The notes: generated by a model from the sequence alone, not told the origin. DNA of 64,000 bases from Nitrospirota bacterium (GCA_963818475.1 CAWFSF010000006.1:128001-192000), one strand, 5' to 3'. Positions 10,624 through 21,613 are shown, counted from the stretch's first letter. Translations and numbers: made by a program.

Positions 10624-11864
10624 GTGAAGATGAAGATAGCGTTGGCATCAGCGGAATATCCTCCTGAAACAGGCTTCGGCGGACTCGGGAGCTATGTCTA
10701 TAAGCTGGCCCACAGCCTTACAGCCCTCGGTCATGACGTCACGGTGGTTTCCAGCACGCTGAAGGAAACGGAGGTAACGACCCGAAAAGACGGCCAGGTG
10801 ACTGTTTATCGCGTTCCGAAACCGCGCTACTCTCTGAAGGGATTCGGGCGATCGATCAATAATGTAATCTATAGTTTCAGGCTGCACCGGGTCTTGAAAA
10901 AATTGGTTCGCGAACAGGGGATAGAGGTCATCCAGTTTCCGGAATATCTGGGTGAGGGACTGTTTCACAGCTTCCTGGGCCGGACCCCGTATGTTATCCG
11001 GTTTTCGACGCCCCGCTGGATGGTGGACGAATTGAATCAGGGACATTCCCTCACTGCCCGACCACGGGCCATGATCAATCACTTGTTTGACATCTGGACT
11101 GAAAATACGCCGCCGCGCCGGGGCCGGTCCTTCATCTTTCCAAGCAGAGACCTCATGGGCCTGATGGAACGCCGGATCGGACTGAAAGGTTCTAAACGGG
11201 TGATCTATCCGGGCGTGGATGTGGACCGGTTCAAACCCTGCAACGATCCGGATCTGCGCCGAAAATACGGAGTGGATGGTTCGCTCGTCGTGCTCTATGT
11301 CGGAAGGCTGGAATTCAGGAAGGGCGTCCATATCCTGGCTGAAGCGGCGTCCCGAATTGCTGATCGGTTCCCCGATGTGCAATTTGTCTTTGTCGGATCA
11401 GATACAAAATCAGCGCTGGCCGGTGGCTCGATGCGGACCTACACCGAGCAGATCTTTCGGAACAACGGGACCGGAAAGGCGTTAAAAATCATCGATTGGG
11501 TCGGACATCAGGAAATTGCCGCATTTACGGGCTGGGGGACATCCTCATTGTCCCGTCTCTCTACGAAAATCTCGCCAATGTCCTCCTGGAAGGCATGGCG
11601 GCCGGATTACCCATAATCACCACATCGAGCGGCGGATCGCCTGAGGTTGTCGTCCATGGGACCAATGGGCTCGTGGTGCCGCCGGGAGATTCTGAGGCAC
11701 TGGCGGGAGCGATATCGGACCTCTTGACGAATGCTGAAAAAAGGGACCTATTTTCCCGAAATAACCGGGAAAAGGCCCTGAAAGATCTGAGTCTCAACCG
11801 GATGGCCCTTGAGTCTCTGGAAGTTTACACCCAACTGCTACAGGGTCAAACCGGATTGGGTTAA
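10624..11864 (+). CDS. GT4 family glycosyltransferase, frameshifted near 11520
   Basis: EYPPETGFGGLG, YVGRLEFRKG in the first frame; PSLYENLANVLLEGMAAG in the second. Confidence 0.85.
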
Positions 11865-11875
11865 GAAGGAGCGAA

Positions 11876-12209
11876 ATGCCTAAAGTTGTATTTCTGCCGG
11901 AAGGTAAAAGCGGTGAGGTGCCGGAGGGTATCAGCCTCCTTGAGGCTGCCGGGGTGTTGGGGGCGGAGTTGAACCAGGAGTGCGGCGGTGTTTCATCCTG
12001 CAGCATGTGTCGAGTCCGACTCGCCGAAGGTTCCGGCAAAACTTCCGTTCTCTCGGATATAGAGATTGATGAACGAGAAGTGCTCGAGCGTGAGCAATTG
12101 GATGGAAACTATCGGCTGGCCTGTCAGGCAAAAGGGAGGGGATGTCGTGGTCGTGGTCCCTCCTCCGGTCAAGCCGCTGGTTGACGAAGCTCTTTCTGTC
12201 TCGAAATAA
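11876..12209 (+). CDS. [2Fe-2S] ferredoxin, frameshifted near 12135
   Basis: CGGVSSCSMC...RLACQ; the alternate frame continues GDVVVVVPP to TAA 12209. Confidence 0.8.
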
Positions 12210-12254
12210 ATCACTTGAAAAAATTAACGCAGTAATAAAACGGAGGTTCTTACA

Positions 12255-13382
12255 ATGGATTCCGTCTGGGTCAGAAGAATTGTCAAACTGCCGCAAGGGA
12301 TAAAGACAATGGGTATGGGGCGCTACGCGAGCTACGCTGTCCGGCGGCTCGGCGAGGAACTGGCGCAGAATACCAACTTTACCCACGTCTTCGTCAAACC
12401 GAGCGTGGCGCATATCGAGCCGACCACACGATGCAACCTCAAATGCATACATTGCGACCATACTTATTGGGACCGGACATGCTCCGACCTGACCTACGAA
12501 GGCTTTCGGCAGATCATCGATCAGATGCCCGACTTGAACCGCGTGATCATGCACGGAATGGGGGAGCCGCTGCTGAACAAGGACATTTACCGGATGGTCG
12601 AGTATGCCTCGAAAGAGCGAAAACTCAAGACGATCATGAGCAGCAACGGCATGGCGCTGAACGAGGCGAACGCGCGGAAGTTGATCGCCAACGGCCTGCA
12701 GGTCCTGTCCCTTTCAGTGGACGGCGCGACCAAGGAGACCTATGAGAAGATCCGGATCCGCGGAAATTTCGACCGCCTGATCCGGAACATCAAGCGCCTC
12801 CTCGAACTTAAAAAAGAAATGAATTCCGAGACGCCCTGGACTTACATTTCTATGGTCTGCATGAAGGACAACATCCGTGAGTTTTTAAAGCTGATAGAAT
12901 TGGCGAAGGAGTTGGGCGTGGCCGCGGTGCAGCCTCAATACATGCATTTTTGGGGGAAAGACCAGGAATCAGTGGTTAAAATTCATGGTATCAATATCAA
13001 GGATGATATTCACGCGAAACAAAATCTATTCGACAACATACCGGGAGATGAGATGGCGGAGATAAGGCGGATGGCGACCGAGAAGGCGGCAGAACTCGGA
13101 GTCCGGCTGATACGGCCGTTTTTCGAGTGGGAGACCGGAGACCGCACGGTCTGTCATGTGCCATGGGTCGACATTTATATTACGGCCGACGGATACGCCA
13201 TTCCCTGTCCGATACAGGGGACCGACCCCCGTCTCGTGAATTTCGGCAACCTTTTCGAGAAGTCTTTCGGCGAGATCTGGAACGGGGAGCTCTACAAGGA
13301 CTTCAGGCGTCGGCTTGCGTCCGAGGACCCGTCACAGATCTGCAGAGACTGTGTCTATCGCAAACGCAGGTGGACGGTTTAA
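12255..13382 (+). CDS. Radical SAM / SPASM(twitch) domain protein
   Basis: CNLKCIHC (CxxxCxxC); GMGEPLL; C-terminal CHVPW...PCP...CRDC. Confidence 0.9.
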   Translation: MDSVWVRRIVKLPQGIKTMGMGRYASYAVRRLGEELAQNTNFTHVFVKPSVAHIEPTTRCNLKCIHCDHTYWDRTCSDLTYEGFRQIIDQMPDLNRVIMHGMGEPLLNKDIYRMVEYASKERKLKTIMSSNGMALNEANARKLIANGLQVLSLSVDGATKETYEKIRIRGNFDRLIRNIKRLLELKKEMNSETPWTYISMVCMKDNIREFLKLIELAKELGVAAVQPQYMHFWGKDQESVVKIHGINIKDDIHAKQNLFDNIPGDEMAEIRRMATEKAAELGVRLIRPFFEWETGDRTVCHVPWVDIYITADGYAIPCPIQGTDPRLVNFGNLFEKSFGEIWNGELYKDFRRRLASEDPSQICRDCVYRKRRWTV

Positions 13383-13405
13383 ATGCAGGGAAAGGATGAG
13401 GGCTG

Positions 13406-14941
13406 ATGCAATCTCTCACCGCCATTAAGAACGTCCTGTTCAGTTTTGCGAATAATATAATAGGTCTGCTTGGCAGCGTGGTCCTGTCTGTCATTATTGC
13501 CCGCTACCTGGGACCGAAAAATCTTGGCGCCTATCACCTCGTGCTCTGGGCGGTCAGCATCGCCATGCTGTTCGTGAATCTCGGCATTGCGATGAGTCTC
13601 AAAAAGCACGTGGCGGAATTCCAGGGCCGGAACGATCGCCGGTCCATCGCGGGTCTGATCAACTTCCTGATACGGATACGTGTCACCGTCGCACTTGCGG
13701 TGACCTCGGTCCTGATCATTTTTTCCGGCGTCATCGCGGGTTATTTCAATCTGCCGGTTGCGCGGCAATATCTCATATGGGCGGCAATTCCGATCCTTCC
13801 ATCGGCCCTTGGCGAGATATTCAGCGCGAGCCTGCAAGGGATCCAGAAGTATCATTACTCAACGGCGATCAGCCTCGTCGTGACACCGCTGTCGTTTATT
13901 CTGTCGCTGGCGGCCTTGCTCGCTGGATACGGCATTGTCGGGCTGATGATCGTGCCCGTGTTTATTACCATCATCGGCGTCGTGGTCAACTATTGGGCCG
14001 CCAGACGCGAAGGCCTGCTGGATTGGTCCGTCCGGCTGCCCCGCGATGTGCGGTCCGGAATCGCGCGGTTCAATCTTGGGATAATCGCACTGAACTTTCT
14101 GGATACCATCGTCTGGCAGCGTTCGGAGGTCTTCTTTCTTGCAAAGTTCCGGACAGTGCAGGAGGTGGGTTTTTATTCGCTGGCATTCGGTTTTACCGAG
14201 AAGACGGTCTCCTTTTTTGCCAGCGCGATAATCAATGTGCTGATTCCGATCCATTCAAAGGCCTTCGGCGCAAAGGATCACGGCGCCATGCAGAGGATTT
14301 ATGAGAAGTCTATACAATACCTCGCGATGGTCTCCCTTCCCGTGGCGATCGGCGGCGCTGTGCTGGCCGATCGGATAGTTCTCAAAATGTACGGCACTGA
14401 ATACCTGCCGATTGCTGTGGCCATGCCGATACTTTTCCTGTCGTCGGCGGCCGGCCGGATTGGGGGAGCCTTCGCCAGCGTCATGTACAGCGCGAATATG
14501 GTGCGTATAAAAATTTATACCGCCCTTATCTGGGGCACTATCAATATTGCCCTCGACCTGCTGCTGATTCCCCGCCACGGCGTGATGGGAGCGGTAATCG
14601 CCAACAGCGCAACGCAGTTAACGGGGGTGTTCACGGGACCGTTCATCATATACTATCTTTTCCGTTTTGTTTTTCCGATCGCTGTTTTTTTGCGGGTCCT
14701 GGCCGGCGCCCTGACCATGGGTGGCGCCGTCTGGCTGCTCAAGGATCTGCTCCCCGGCACGGTTGGACTGATCGCGCTTGTGGCGATCGGGGCGATGATC
14801 TATCTCATGGCGGTGGTCCTGTTCCGCGCGGTGTCGCTGGAAGATATCGAGGTATTGAAGCGGGGCGGCGATCGCCTGCCGGTATTCCTTCAGGGAAGAT
14901 ACCGGACTATGTTGAATCTGGTGTCCCGCGTGGCGGCCTGA
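13406..14941 (+). CDS. Oligosaccharide flippase (Wzx/MOP family)
   Basis: About 12-14 TM segments; IIARYLGP, VGFYSLA, LLIPRHGVMGAVIA. Confidence 0.85.
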   Translation: MQSLTAIKNVLFSFANNIIGLLGSVVLSVIIARYLGPKNLGAYHLVLWAVSIAMLFVNLGIAMSLKKHVAEFQGRNDRRSIAGLINFLIRIRVTVALAVTSVLIIFSGVIAGYFNLPVARQYLIWAAIPILPSALGEIFSASLQGIQKYHYSTAISLVVTPLSFILSLAALLAGYGIVGLMIVPVFITIIGVVVNYWAARREGLLDWSVRLPRDVRSGIARFNLGIIALNFLDTIVWQRSEVFFLAKFRTVQEVGFYSLAFGFTEKTVSFFASAIINVLIPIHSKAFGAKDHGAMQRIYEKSIQYLAMVSLPVAIGGAVLADRIVLKMYGTEYLPIAVAMPILFLSSAAGRIGGAFASVMYSANMVRIKIYTALIWGTINIALDLLLIPRHGVMGAVIANSATQLTGVFTGPFIIYYLFRFVFPIAVFLRVLAGALTMGGAVWLLKDLLPGTVGLIALVAIGAMIYLMAVVLFRAVSLEDIEVLKRGGDRLPVFLQGRYRTMLNLVSRVAA

Positions 14942-15034
14942 TGAAAGATCCGGCGCGTCTGGCGGCTCAATTTGAAGGCGGTCAGGTCGGTCATAACCTC
15001 TCATCACCAGTGGCACTACAAAGGGGGCAGCTCA

Positions 15035-16045
15035 ATGACGAATATTGACATCAGCATCGTTGTTTGTACCTATAACAGGGCGTCAAGCCTGTCGGCAGTC
15101 CTTGAATCACTCGCCGCGCTCAAGACGGCGGATGGCCTGTCCCGTGAGATCGTGGTTGTGGATAATAATTCGAGCGATAACACGCCGGACGTGATCGAGT
15201 CGGTGAGGGCAGCGTATCCAGCCGTGATCCGGCATGTGTTCGAGGCCCGGCAGGGGCTGTCCAACGCCCGCAACAGGGGAATAGAAGAGGCCGGGGGAAG
15301 ATTTATTGCTTTTATCGATGACGATATTGTCGTGGACCAAAACTGGCTGAGGGAATTTTCCCGAGCATTGGTCACGTATCCGCACGCCGGGTTTGGAGGC
15401 CGGGTCGTGCCGACATGGGATTTTACCCCGCCGGCGTGGTTCATCGGCAGCGGGCCGTTCAGCATGCTGAAGGGAGGCGTGGTGCCCGGACAAGACCTTG
15501 GAGACGAGCCGCGCGAATACAGCCTGGACACAAGGAGAACCCCGTTGGGGGGGAACGTGGCGTATCGTCGGGAAGTGTTCGAACGTCACGGGCTGTTACG
15601 GACCGATCTTGGAATGACCGGGAAGCGCATTTTCTACGGGGAGGACGCGGAGTTTGGCGAACGGCTGCTCCGGGCAGGGGAGAAACTGCTCTATCTTCCC
15701 CGGGCAGTCATCTATCACCCGGTCGACAAAGCGAGGATGACAAAAAGCTACTTTACGACCTCGTACTTCAATATCGGCCGGTCGATCGGCCGGCGCGTTC
15801 ACTATTCCGAGGAAGCGGCCCGATGGTTCGGAGTGCCGCGTTATCTCATCAGAAAATTCGTCGGGCAGCTCATACGGTGTGTGGTAAGGCTGGGCTGCGG
15901 TCAATTTCCGAAAGCCTTCTACCATAAGCTGGAGAGCTACTGGTATCTTGGCCAGATTGTCGAGACGTTCCGTTTCCCTTTGTTTCAGCGCAGCGCTGGT
16001 AATCGTTTAGCGACCACGGGATTCCCACAGGGAAGAAAACAGTAA
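15035..16045 (+). CDS. GT2 family glycosyltransferase
   Basis: ISIVVCTYNR, VVDNNSSD, FIDDD, GEDAE. Confidence 0.9.
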   Translation: MTNIDISIVVCTYNRASSLSAVLESLAALKTADGLSREIVVVDNNSSDNTPDVIESVRAAYPAVIRHVFEARQGLSNARNRGIEEAGGRFIAFIDDDIVVDQNWLREFSRALVTYPHAGFGGRVVPTWDFTPPAWFIGSGPFSMLKGGVVPGQDLGDEPREYSLDTRRTPLGGNVAYRREVFERHGLLRTDLGMTGKRIFYGEDAEFGERLLRAGEKLLYLPRAVIYHPVDKARMTKSYFTTSYFNIGRSIGRRVHYSEEAARWFGVPRYLIRKFVGQLIRCVVRLGCGQFPKAFYHKLESYWYLGQIVETFRFPLFQRSAGNRLATTGFPQGRKQ

Positions 16046-16075
16046 ATTATCTCTGCGAAGACGGGTCTAGATATT

Positions 16076-16741
16076 ATGGATAAACAGCTTTATACATCCG
16101 GTGAATATGTTACTCACTTTCGGCCAGACTCAGAAAAGAATTCATTCCGGGAGATCTATTCTGAGAAACGGGACTACCTGCTTCACCGGATTCCGGGAGA
16201 AAACCTTCGTATTCTCGATCTCGGCGGCGGAATGGGCAGGCTTGCTATTCCCCTCTCAAGCAAGCACCGGGTGATCCTTGCCGATCTTTCAATGGGAATG
16301 CTTCAGCTGGCTGGTGAAAACGGAACCGGATTTGAGAGGGTAAACTGCGATGCTGAGGAACTATGTTTTAAGAACGAAAGCTTTGACTGTGTACTGATTA
16401 TCGACCTGCTTCCTCACGTTTCCAATGCAATGAAGATGCTGGCTGAGATACGCCGCGTGCTGAAACCCGGCGGGATGCTGTTTATAGATAGTACGAACAG
16501 CAATCCGCTCTGGGTCTTAAATTACCCCCACTATGTAAACCCGTTACGGAGGCCGGTGCGATGGCTCCGCACCTTTTTGGGAAAAGGGATCCTGCCTGAA
16601 TGGCAGGGAAAGATACATCATCTATCCAGGAGGCGATTTGAGCGTCTGTTGGATCAATCTGGTTTTTCTGTCTTGGAGCGGGCTTCTTTTGGCCCATTTT
16701 GGTGTCCTAAATGGTTTCTAGCGGTCTGTACGATGCGATAA
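16076..16741 (+). CDS. Class I SAM-dependent methyltransferase
   Basis: ILDLGGGMG, FDCV, RRVLKPGG. Confidence 0.85.
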   Translation: MDKQLYTSGEYVTHFRPDSEKNSFREIYSEKRDYLLHRIPGENLRILDLGGGMGRLAIPLSSKHRVILADLSMGMLQLAGENGTGFERVNCDAEELCFKNESFDCVLIIDLLPHVSNAMKMLAEIRRVLKPGGMLFIDSTNSNPLWVLNYPHYVNPLRRPVRWLRTFLGKGILPEWQGKIHHLSRRRFERLLDQSGFSVLERASFGPFWCPKWFLAVCTMR

Positions 16742-16764
16742 TGTCGTAGAGAGGATCAGCAGAG

Positions 16765-19700
16765 ATGATGGACAGGATGGACAGGATGGATAGAATGGAC
16801 ACTTACGGAACCCGGATAAGATATTTAGTGTACCTCGCGTTGGCGTTAACGATATCGTATCTGTTGCCGACGAACTGCTGGACGGTTACTGAACCGGCTC
16901 AGGAGCACTCGCTCGTTAAGAGTGATCGTGTGGATGGCGAGATCCTGGTGCGATTAAAAGCCGGAGTCGGTCAGGCAGAGGCCAGGGCCATATTAGCACG
17001 ATACGGCATGACTATTTCCAAGAGTTATACCTGGATGAAAAACCTCTTCCATGTTCGTCTGCGTCCCGGCCTTACCGTCGAGGCTGCGCTCGAAGTGCTG
17101 AAAGAGGAGCCTTCTATAGCGTATGCCGAACCGAACTACATTGTCAATTTTTGTTCGGCCTGTCCGACTCCCTGCATTCCAAATGACCCTGAATATATCA
17201 ATCAGTGGGGACTTGCCAATATCCAGGCCGAGGGGGCCTGGGCTGCTACTCATGGTTCTCCTGATGTGGTCGTTGCAGTGTTGGATACCGGTATCGATTA
17301 CCACCATCCTGACCTGACTGAAAATAAATGGGTCAACCCTACAGAGATCCCGGGTAATGGCAAGGATGATGATGGAGATGGGTATATCGATGACGTCTAT
17401 GGATTTAATGCTGTTACGGACACGTGCTCAGATACTACCTGCCTGCATCCGGCTGGGGACCCCCTCGATGATGATACATCAACTCAGGGTCATGGTACGC
17501 GTCTGGCCGGAATCATCGGTGCTGTCGGGAATAACAGTCTGGGGATCGCTGGGGTGGGCTGGCATACGAAATTGATGCCTATCAAGATCCGCCATGAACC
17601 GGACCGGCAGGGCTCTTTGGATCTCGTGCTCTCAGGAATGGACTATCTCATAACCAAACGGAACCAGGGGGTGAACATCCCCCTTGCCCATTTAAGCATT
17701 TTGATATCAAACTACAGTCTGTCCCTGCAGAACGGGATCGATGCGGCACGGGACGCCGGTATTCTCCTGATCTGGTCTGCCGGGAACAACAGCAAGAATG
17801 TCGATACGGATCCTACAAACTTTTTATCCCATGTGTATGACAACGTCCTGTTTGTCGGTGCGATCGATAATTCCAATGCATTGGCCGGTTTTTCCAACTA
17901 TGGGCAGGTCGGGATCCAACTTGCGGCTCCCGGCGTGGGCATCGTAAGCACGGTGCGCAGCGTCTATACGCCGCAGTACCAGGCAGATGACGGGACCTCG
18001 TACGCCACGCCGTTTGTGACCGGAGTTGCGGCGCTTCTGTCGGCTTATGATCCGACCATTTCATACACCGGATTGAAGGCGCATATTATCAGCGCAACCA
18101 CGCGGGAGGATGGACTGGTGGGAAAGGTCGTCTCCGGTGGGCGACTCAACGCCGCGGATGTCTTCAGCGCGCCGATCACTGATCTGAGACCGCCAGCCTA
18201 CCAACTGGCACGCATCGAGGTAAACCATAAATATTATACAGATCGTTCGTTTACCATTACCAGCATCCCTCAAGGATTCGACAGACTCTGGTGGGTGAGG
18301 ACGAAGAATGCTGACAAGGTCAGCACGGATACGAACCATATCAATATCGGCCTGGGCCGGGATGCCATCGTCTATGTAGCCTATGACCCGAGAGCGATTT
18401 CGGCTCCTGACTGGCTGAGTTCCGGCCAGGGCTGGACGGACACGGGTCTTAGTATCGGCGTCTCGGACAAGGGAGTAGCCTCGCTTCGGATTTATTCCAA
18501 GCCGTTCAGTCCCGGCATGGTGGTTTTGGGAGGCAATCAGGCGGCCGGTTATGTGGGACCGACCTCTGGTGATAGTTCAAACTATGTCGTCCTCATCAGG
18601 CTCTCCGGTGATCTGCCGCCTTCGACCCCGGGAAACTTGTCGGCCACGGCAGTATCTTCATCTGCGATCGATCTTTCCTGGACGGCCTCGACCGATGATG
18701 TGGGTGTTGCGGGGTATACTGTTTACCGGGGAGGGGTCCCGGTTGCAACCACTTCAGCCACCGGCTATAGGGATACCGGTCTCACTGCTTCTACGATGTA
18801 TACGTATGCAGTACGCGCCTTTGATGCGGAAGACAATGTGTCTCCTCTGTCAGACCCGGACTCTGCGGTGACCCTCTCCCTGGACACCACACCGCCTTCT
18901 AAACCGACCAACGTTCAGGCTGCGGTCGTATCTTCCTCACAGATCGATCTCTCCTGGACAGCTTCAACTGACAATGTGGCGGTGGAAGGATATAAAATAT
19001 ACCGCAATGGAATCCTTGCCGCAATGAGGGTCGGTAATAGTTATTCGGACTCCGGTCTTGCCGCCTCAACAACCTATACCTACACCATCTCTTCCTATGA
19101 TGCGGCCGGCAACGGATCTCCCGTATCAAGCCCGGTCTCGGCAACTACATCTTCACCACCCCCGACTAGCACCTTGCCCGCTGTCAAGTCGGGCAGCGTC
19201 ACCCTGCTCTCGGGGAGTCAGTCGGCGACCGTGACCATTGCCCCGGTGGACATAACGAAGGCATTTCTTGTCTTTGGCATGAGCTTCAATGATGCCAATC
19301 CCGGTTTTTCCCAGGTTACGGGCCAGATCACGAACGCCACCACATTGACCTTCCGGCGCTCCAGCGGGACGTCCGCACCGGCGGTCACCGTGAAGTGGTA
19401 TGTGGCGGAATTTTTAAGTGGTGTGTCGGTGCAGCGCGGCAGTACGGCGATGGACGCCGCTACAAAGAATATCCCGCTGACAGCTGTCGATACTGCGCGG
19501 AGCTTTCCGATCATTACGTACCGCAATTCCGGGTCGAGTTATACGAACGATGATTTTGTGAAGGCAAAGATCACCAGCAGTACGAACCTTGAGCTGTCGA
19601 TCGATCTTCCTGTCGCAGCAGGTATTGTCGAGTGGCAGGTGATCGAATTCGCGGATTCGCAGGTTCAGTCGGGCAGCGTATCCTTTGGAGCAACAGACAG

Positions 19701-21465
19701 CGTAAAGACGGCGACGATGAGCGCTGTGGATACCGGCAAATCCTGGCTGATCTATACCTATAAGACCGCGACGGGAACGACCGCCAATATCGGGCAGAAA
19801 TTGGTGCAGGGTTTGATCTCGAACGGGACGACCGTGACCTTTGACAGAGCGAATACAGGCCAGGCGATGGACCTGACCTGGTATCTGGTCGAGTTCACGG
19901 ACGGGACCACGGTTCAGCAAGGGTCTCAGAGCTTTGGAACGACAGAGACCCAAAAAAACGTTGCGATCTCGGTTGTTGACCCTGCCCGGTCACTTGCAGC
20001 GGGTGGTTATTGTATGCGCGGAGGCAGATCGTCATATGCCGGGGATGACAATCCGGGGGTAGGTTGGATGACCCTGGATCTGACCAGCGGCTCAAACCTG
20101 CAGATCAAACGGAACGCAACCGGGAATGCTGTCGCCGGCATGGGGTGGTTTGTGGTGAACTTTTCACCGATGTCTGAGGATACCAATCCACCGGTCATCT
20201 CGGGTGTTGCTTCAGGCAGCATCACCTCGACAGGGGCGGCGATTACCTGGACGACGGATGAGGCCTCGGATTCTCAGGTCGAATATGGAACGACGGCCGC
20301 CTATGGAAACAGCAGCACACTCAACCCGACGCTTTTAACCGGCCACAACATCAATCTTTCCAACCTCTCTGCATCGACCCTGTATCACTATCGGGTAATG
20401 AGCCGGGATGCGGCGGGCAACCTGTCGACCAGTGCGGATTTTACCTTCATGACAGGTACCTCCCAGATCTTGCCCGCTGTCAAGTCGGGCAGCGTCACCC
20501 TGCTCTCGGGGAGTCAGTCGGCGACCGTGACCATTGCCCCGGTGGACATAACGAAGGCATTTCTTGTCTTTGGCATGAGCTTCAATGATGCCAATCCCGG
20601 TTTTTCCCAGGTTACGGGCCAGATCACGAACGCCACCACATTGACCTTCCGGCGCTCCAGCGGGACGTCCGCACCGGCGGTCACCGTGAAGTGGTATGTG
20701 GCGGAATTTTTAAGTGGTGTGTCGGTGCAGCGCGGCAGTACGGCGATGGACGCCGCTACAAAGAATATCCCGCTGACAGCTGTCGATACTGCGCGGAGCT
20801 TTCCGATCATTACGTACCGCAATTCCGGGTCGAGTTATACGAACGATGATTTTGTGAAGGCAAAGATCACCAGCAGTACGAACCTTGAGCTGTCGATCGA
20901 TCTTCCTGTCGCAGCAGGTATTGTCGAGTGGCAGGTGATCGAATTCGCGGATTCGCAGGTTCAGTCGGGCAGCGTATCCTTTGGAGCAACAGACAGCGTA
21001 AAGACGGCGACGATGAGCGCTGTGGATACCGGCAAATCCTGGCTGATCTATACCTATAAGACCGCGACGGGAACGACCGCCAATATCGGGCAGAAATTGG
21101 TGCAGGGTTTGATCTCGAACGGGACGACCGTGACCTTTGACAGAGCGAATACAGGCCAGGCGATGGACCTGACCTGGTATCTGGTCGAGTTCACGGACGG
21201 GACCACGGTTCAGCAAGGGTCTCAGAGCTTTGGAACGACAGAGACCCAAAAAAACGTTGCGATCTCGGTTGTTGACCCTGCCCGGTCACTTGCAGCGGGT
21301 GGTTATTGTATGCGCGGAGGCAGATCGTCATATGCCGGGGATGACAATCCGGGGGTAGGTTGGATGACCCTGGATCTGACCAGCGGCTCAAACCTGCAGA
21401 TCAAACGGAACGCAACCGGGAATGCTGTCGCCGGCATGGGGTGGTTTGTGGTGAACTTTCAGTGA
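16765..21465 (+). CDS. Large secreted S8 (subtilisin-like) protease with FN3 domains and a duplicated C-terminal module
   Basis: Catalytic motifs VLDTG, HGT, SAGN, GTSYATP; FN3 (DLSWTASTD); two identical ~330-aa modules. Confidence 0.9.
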   Translation: MMDRMDRMDRMDTYGTRIRYLVYLALALTISYLLPTNCWTVTEPAQEHSLVKSDRVDGEILVRLKAGVGQAEARAILARYGMTISKSYTWMKNLFHVRLRPGLTVEAALEVLKEEPSIAYAEPNYIVNFCSACPTPCIPNDPEYINQWGLANIQAEGAWAATHGSPDVVVAVLDTGIDYHHPDLTENKWVNPTEIPGNGKDDDGDGYIDDVYGFNAVTDTCSDTTCLHPAGDPLDDDTSTQGHGTRLAGIIGAVGNNSLGIAGVGWHTKLMPIKIRHEPDRQGSLDLVLSGMDYLITKRNQGVNIPLAHLSILISNYSLSLQNGIDAARDAGILLIWSAGNNSKNVDTDPTNFLSHVYDNVLFVGAIDNSNALAGFSNYGQVGIQLAAPGVGIVSTVRSVYTPQYQADDGTSYATPFVTGVAALLSAYDPTISYTGLKAHIISATTREDGLVGKVVSGGRLNAADVFSAPITDLRPPAYQLARIEVNHKYYTDRSFTITSIPQGFDRLWWVRTKNADKVSTDTNHINIGLGRDAIVYVAYDPRAISAPDWLSSGQGWTDTGLSIGVSDKGVASLRIYSKPFSPGMVVLGGNQAAGYVGPTSGDSSNYVVLIRLSGDLPPSTPGNLSATAVSSSAIDLSWTASTDDVGVAGYTVYRGGVPVATTSATGYRDTGLTASTMYTYAVRAFDAEDNVSPLSDPDSAVTLSLDTTPPSKPTNVQAAVVSSSQIDLSWTASTDNVAVEGYKIYRNGILAAMRVGNSYSDSGLAASTTYTYTISSYDAAGNGSPVSSPVSATTSSPPPTSTLPAVKSGSVTLLSGSQSATVTIAPVDITKAFLVFGMSFNDANPGFSQVTGQITNATTLTFRRSSGTSAPAVTVKWYVAEFLSGVSVQRGSTAMDAATKNIPLTAVDTARSFPIITYRNSGSSYTNDDFVKAKITSSTNLELSIDLPVAAGIVEWQVIEFADSQVQSGSVSFGATDSVKTATMSAVDTGKSWLIYTYKTATGTTANIGQKLVQGLISNGTTVTFDRANTGQAMDLTWYLVEFTDGTTVQQGSQSFGTTETQKNVAISVVDPARSLAAGGYCMRGGRSSYAGDDNPGVGWMTLDLTSGSNLQIKRNATGNAVAGMGWFVVNFSPMSEDTNPPVISGVASGSITSTGAAITWTTDEASDSQVEYGTTAAYGNSSTLNPTLLTGHNINLSNLSASTLYHYRVMSRDAAGNLSTSADFTFMTGTSQILPAVKSGSVTLLSGSQSATVTIAPVDITKAFLVFGMSFNDANPGFSQVTGQITNATTLTFRRSSGTSAPAVTVKWYVAEFLSGVSVQRGSTAMDAATKNIPLTAVDTARSFPIITYRNSGSSYTNDDFVKAKITSSTNLELSIDLPVAAGIVEWQVIEFADSQVQSGSVSFGATDSVKTATMSAVDTGKSWLIYTYKTATGTTANIGQKLVQGLISNGTTVTFDRANTGQAMDLTWYLVEFTDGTTVQQGSQSFGTTETQKNVAISVVDPARSLAAGGYCMRGGRSSYAGDDNPGVGWMTLDLTSGSNLQIKRNATGNAVAGMGWFVVNFQ
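19173..20163 (+). repeat. 991-bp intragenic direct repeat, copy 1
   Basis: Matches 20469-21459 at offset 1296; identical shadow ORFs in the ORF track. Confidence 0.95.
20469..21459 (+). repeat. 991-bp intragenic direct repeat, copy 2
   Basis: Matches 19173-20163. Confidence 0.95.
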
Positions 21466-21597
21466 GCTTTCATAAATTTGACTGAGGTAACGTCACCGTG
21501 CGGCACCTCAGGAACACTCCTCCCCGTGCACAGGTTTTTACAAATCCTTTTTATAAATTTTTTGTTGCTTCGAGTCTGAGCGGCGTATTTGGTTCCC

Positions 21598-21613
21598 GCT
21601 TGTCCGGGTCAGG
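21598..21613 (+). repeat. GCTTGTCCGGGT(T/C)AGG motif (also 40569-40584 and 42439-42454)
   Basis: 16-bp intergenic motif occurring three times in the same orientation. Confidence 0.6.

Noticed and set aside
14939-14995. CTGATGA as a hammerhead ribozyme core
   Set aside because: It overlaps the flippase stop codon, and no stem II followed by GAAA could be formed
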